Below, one piece after another: positions 14,485-15,845 of a stretch of DNA of 15,845 bases. The translations under genes were made by a program, and so were the position numbers. This DNA comes from Planctomycetota bacterium (GTDB lineage Bacteria > Planctomycetota > UBA11346), in contig JBBQSO010000109.1 of NCBI GenBank assembly GCA_038213805.1, positions 1 through 15,845 of the forward strand. The letters are read 5' to 3'. The notes below the pieces were generated by a model. The model was not told the DNA's origin. It was given only the letters and a program-made list of their open reading frames with translations, and ran no database searches. The stretch's first letter is position 1, and every line of letters begins with the position of its first letter.

Positions 14485-15845
14485 ATGAGCAAGAACTGGC
14501 TGATCCCGCGCCGCACCGCCCTCAAGGGCGTCGGCGTGGCCATGGCGCTGCCGCTGCTGGAGGCGATGGGCTGGGCCGACGAGCCCAAGGGCGGGAAATC
14601 CGGCGCTTTCCGCGCGCCGGTGCGCAGCGCGTTCCTGATGATCGCCAACGGCGTCAACCAGGACGAGTGGAAGCCCAAGCCGGGCGCCACCGGCCTGCCG
14701 CGCATCCTGGTGCCGCTGGCGCCGGTGATGAAGAGCGTGCTGGTGATCAACAACCTGCGCCACGACAAGGCGCGCGGCAACGGCGACGGCGCCGGCGACC
14801 ACGCGCGCGAATCCAGCACCTTCCTGACCGGCGCGCAGTGCCGCAAGACCTCGGCCGCCGACATCCAGTCCGGCGTGTCGATCGACCAGAAGCTCGCCGA
14901 GAAGCTCGGCGCCTTCACCTCGCTGCCCTCGCTCGAGCTCGGCACGGAACGCGGCGGCACCGCCGGCAACTGCGATTCCGGCTACAGCTGCGCCTATTCG
15001 TCGAACATGTCGTGGCGCACGCCGAACACGCCGATGGGCAAGGAGGTCGATCCCAAGGCGGTATTTACGCGCATGTTCGCGGCGCGCACCTCGTCGCCGC
15101 CCAAGCGCCAGGCCGGGCCGCGCGTCGACGTGGGCGCCTTCGCCAGCGGCAAGGGCGAGGCCGAGGCGCCGTCCCTGCAGCGCAGCATCCTCGACCTGGT
15201 GATGGACGACGCCAAGGGTCTGCGCGGCGCGGTCGGCCTGAGCGATCAGCGCAAGATGGACGAGTACCTCGATGCGGTGCGCGCGCTTGAGAAGCGCATC
15301 GAGCACGCCGACCGCGACGCCGCCGAGGCGGCCAAGGCCAAGGACGAGAAGAAGCCCGGCACCTACTCGCCGGTGATCGCGGTCGCGCAGCCGTCGGGCA
15401 TCCCGCCCAAGTACGCTGACCACGTCAAGCTGATGTTCGACCTTGTCACGCTCGCATTCCAGACCGACATCACGCGCGTGGTCACTTTCATGTTCGGCAA
15501 CGGCGGCTCGAACCGCAGCTACCCAGAACTGGGCGTGATGGGCGCGCACCACGAGATCTCGCACCACGCCAAGGACCCGGTCAAGCTCGAGGGCATCGCC
15601 AAGATCAACACCCACCACATCGAGCTGTTCTCGTACCTGCTGCAGAAGATGCAGGCCATCAATGACGGCAAGGGCACGCTGCTCGACAACAGCCAGCTGA
15701 TGTACGGCTCGGCGATCGGCGACGGCGATCGTCACAACCACGACGACCTGCCGGTGCTGCTCGCCGGCAAGGCGGGCGGCACCATCGCCAGCGGCCGCAC
15801 CCTGAATGCCAAGGGCAACATGTGCGATCTGTTCCTGGGCATGGC
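14485..15845 (+). CDS. DUF1552 (HXXSHH) family protein, copy 2; 3'-truncated by the window edge
   Basis: Missing from the ORF track because it has no stop in the window; translated by hand. GGAG RBS, then MSKNWLIPRRTALKGVGVAMALPLLEAM...GDHAR...SIDQKLA...LPSLELG...CDSGYSCAY (14971-14997)...LAFQTDITRV...HHEISHH (15547-15567)...GTLLDNS...GDGDRHNHDDLP. Confidence 0.92.
   Translation, partial: MSKNWLIPRRTALKGVGVAMALPLLEAMGWADEPKGGKSGAFRAPVRSAFLMIANGVNQDEWKPKPGATGLPRILVPLAPVMKSVLVINNLRHDKARGNGDGAGDHARESSTFLTGAQCRKTSAADIQSGVSIDQKLAEKLGAFTSLPSLELGTERGGTAGNCDSGYSCAYSSNMSWRTPNTPMGKEVDPKAVFTRMFAARTSSPPKRQAGPRVDVGAFASGKGEAEAPSLQRSILDLVMDDAKGLRGAVGLSDQRKMDEYLDAVRALEKRIEHADRDAAEAAKAKDEKKPGTYSPVIAVAQPSGIPPKYADHVKLMFDLVTLAFQTDITRVVTFMFGNGGSNRSYPELGVMGAHHEISHHAKDPVKLEGIAKINTHHIELFSYLLQKMQAINDGKGTLLDNSQLMYGSAIGDGDRHNHDDLPVLLAGKAGGTIASGRTLNAKGNMCDLFLGM

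Overview
High-GC bacterial window. The gene content (two DUF1592/DUF1552 pairs, a membrane-anchored ECF sigma factor, a Tat-exported TIM barrel) points by inference to Planctomycetota or another PVC-group organism. Left to right: 3' part of an MFS transporter (+), aldo/keto reductase (+), ABM-type protein (-), YbjQ/UPF0145 protein (+), a possible 58-aa membrane peptide (+), an ECF sigma factor fused to a TM helix and a carbohydrate-binding-like beta-sandwich (-), a divergent two-CxxCH DUF1592-type protein plus DUF1552 (HXXSHH) protein (+), three minus-strand genes (ABM-like protein, Tat-exported sugar-phosphate isomerase-like TIM barrel, M1 metallopeptidase), and a second DUF1592/DUF1552 pair (+) that runs off the window end. 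The most notable observation is a mirror-image pair of ECF-like promoter motifs, TGTAAT-N16-CGCT(T/G)AT, back to back between the sigma gene and the first DUF1592 gene, each 8-9 nt upstream of an in-frame ATG. This suggests a one-component, possibly glycan-sensing sigma factor that drives itself and a motif-altered DUF1592/DUF1552 paralog. All family calls come from motif recognition by eye; no searches were run.
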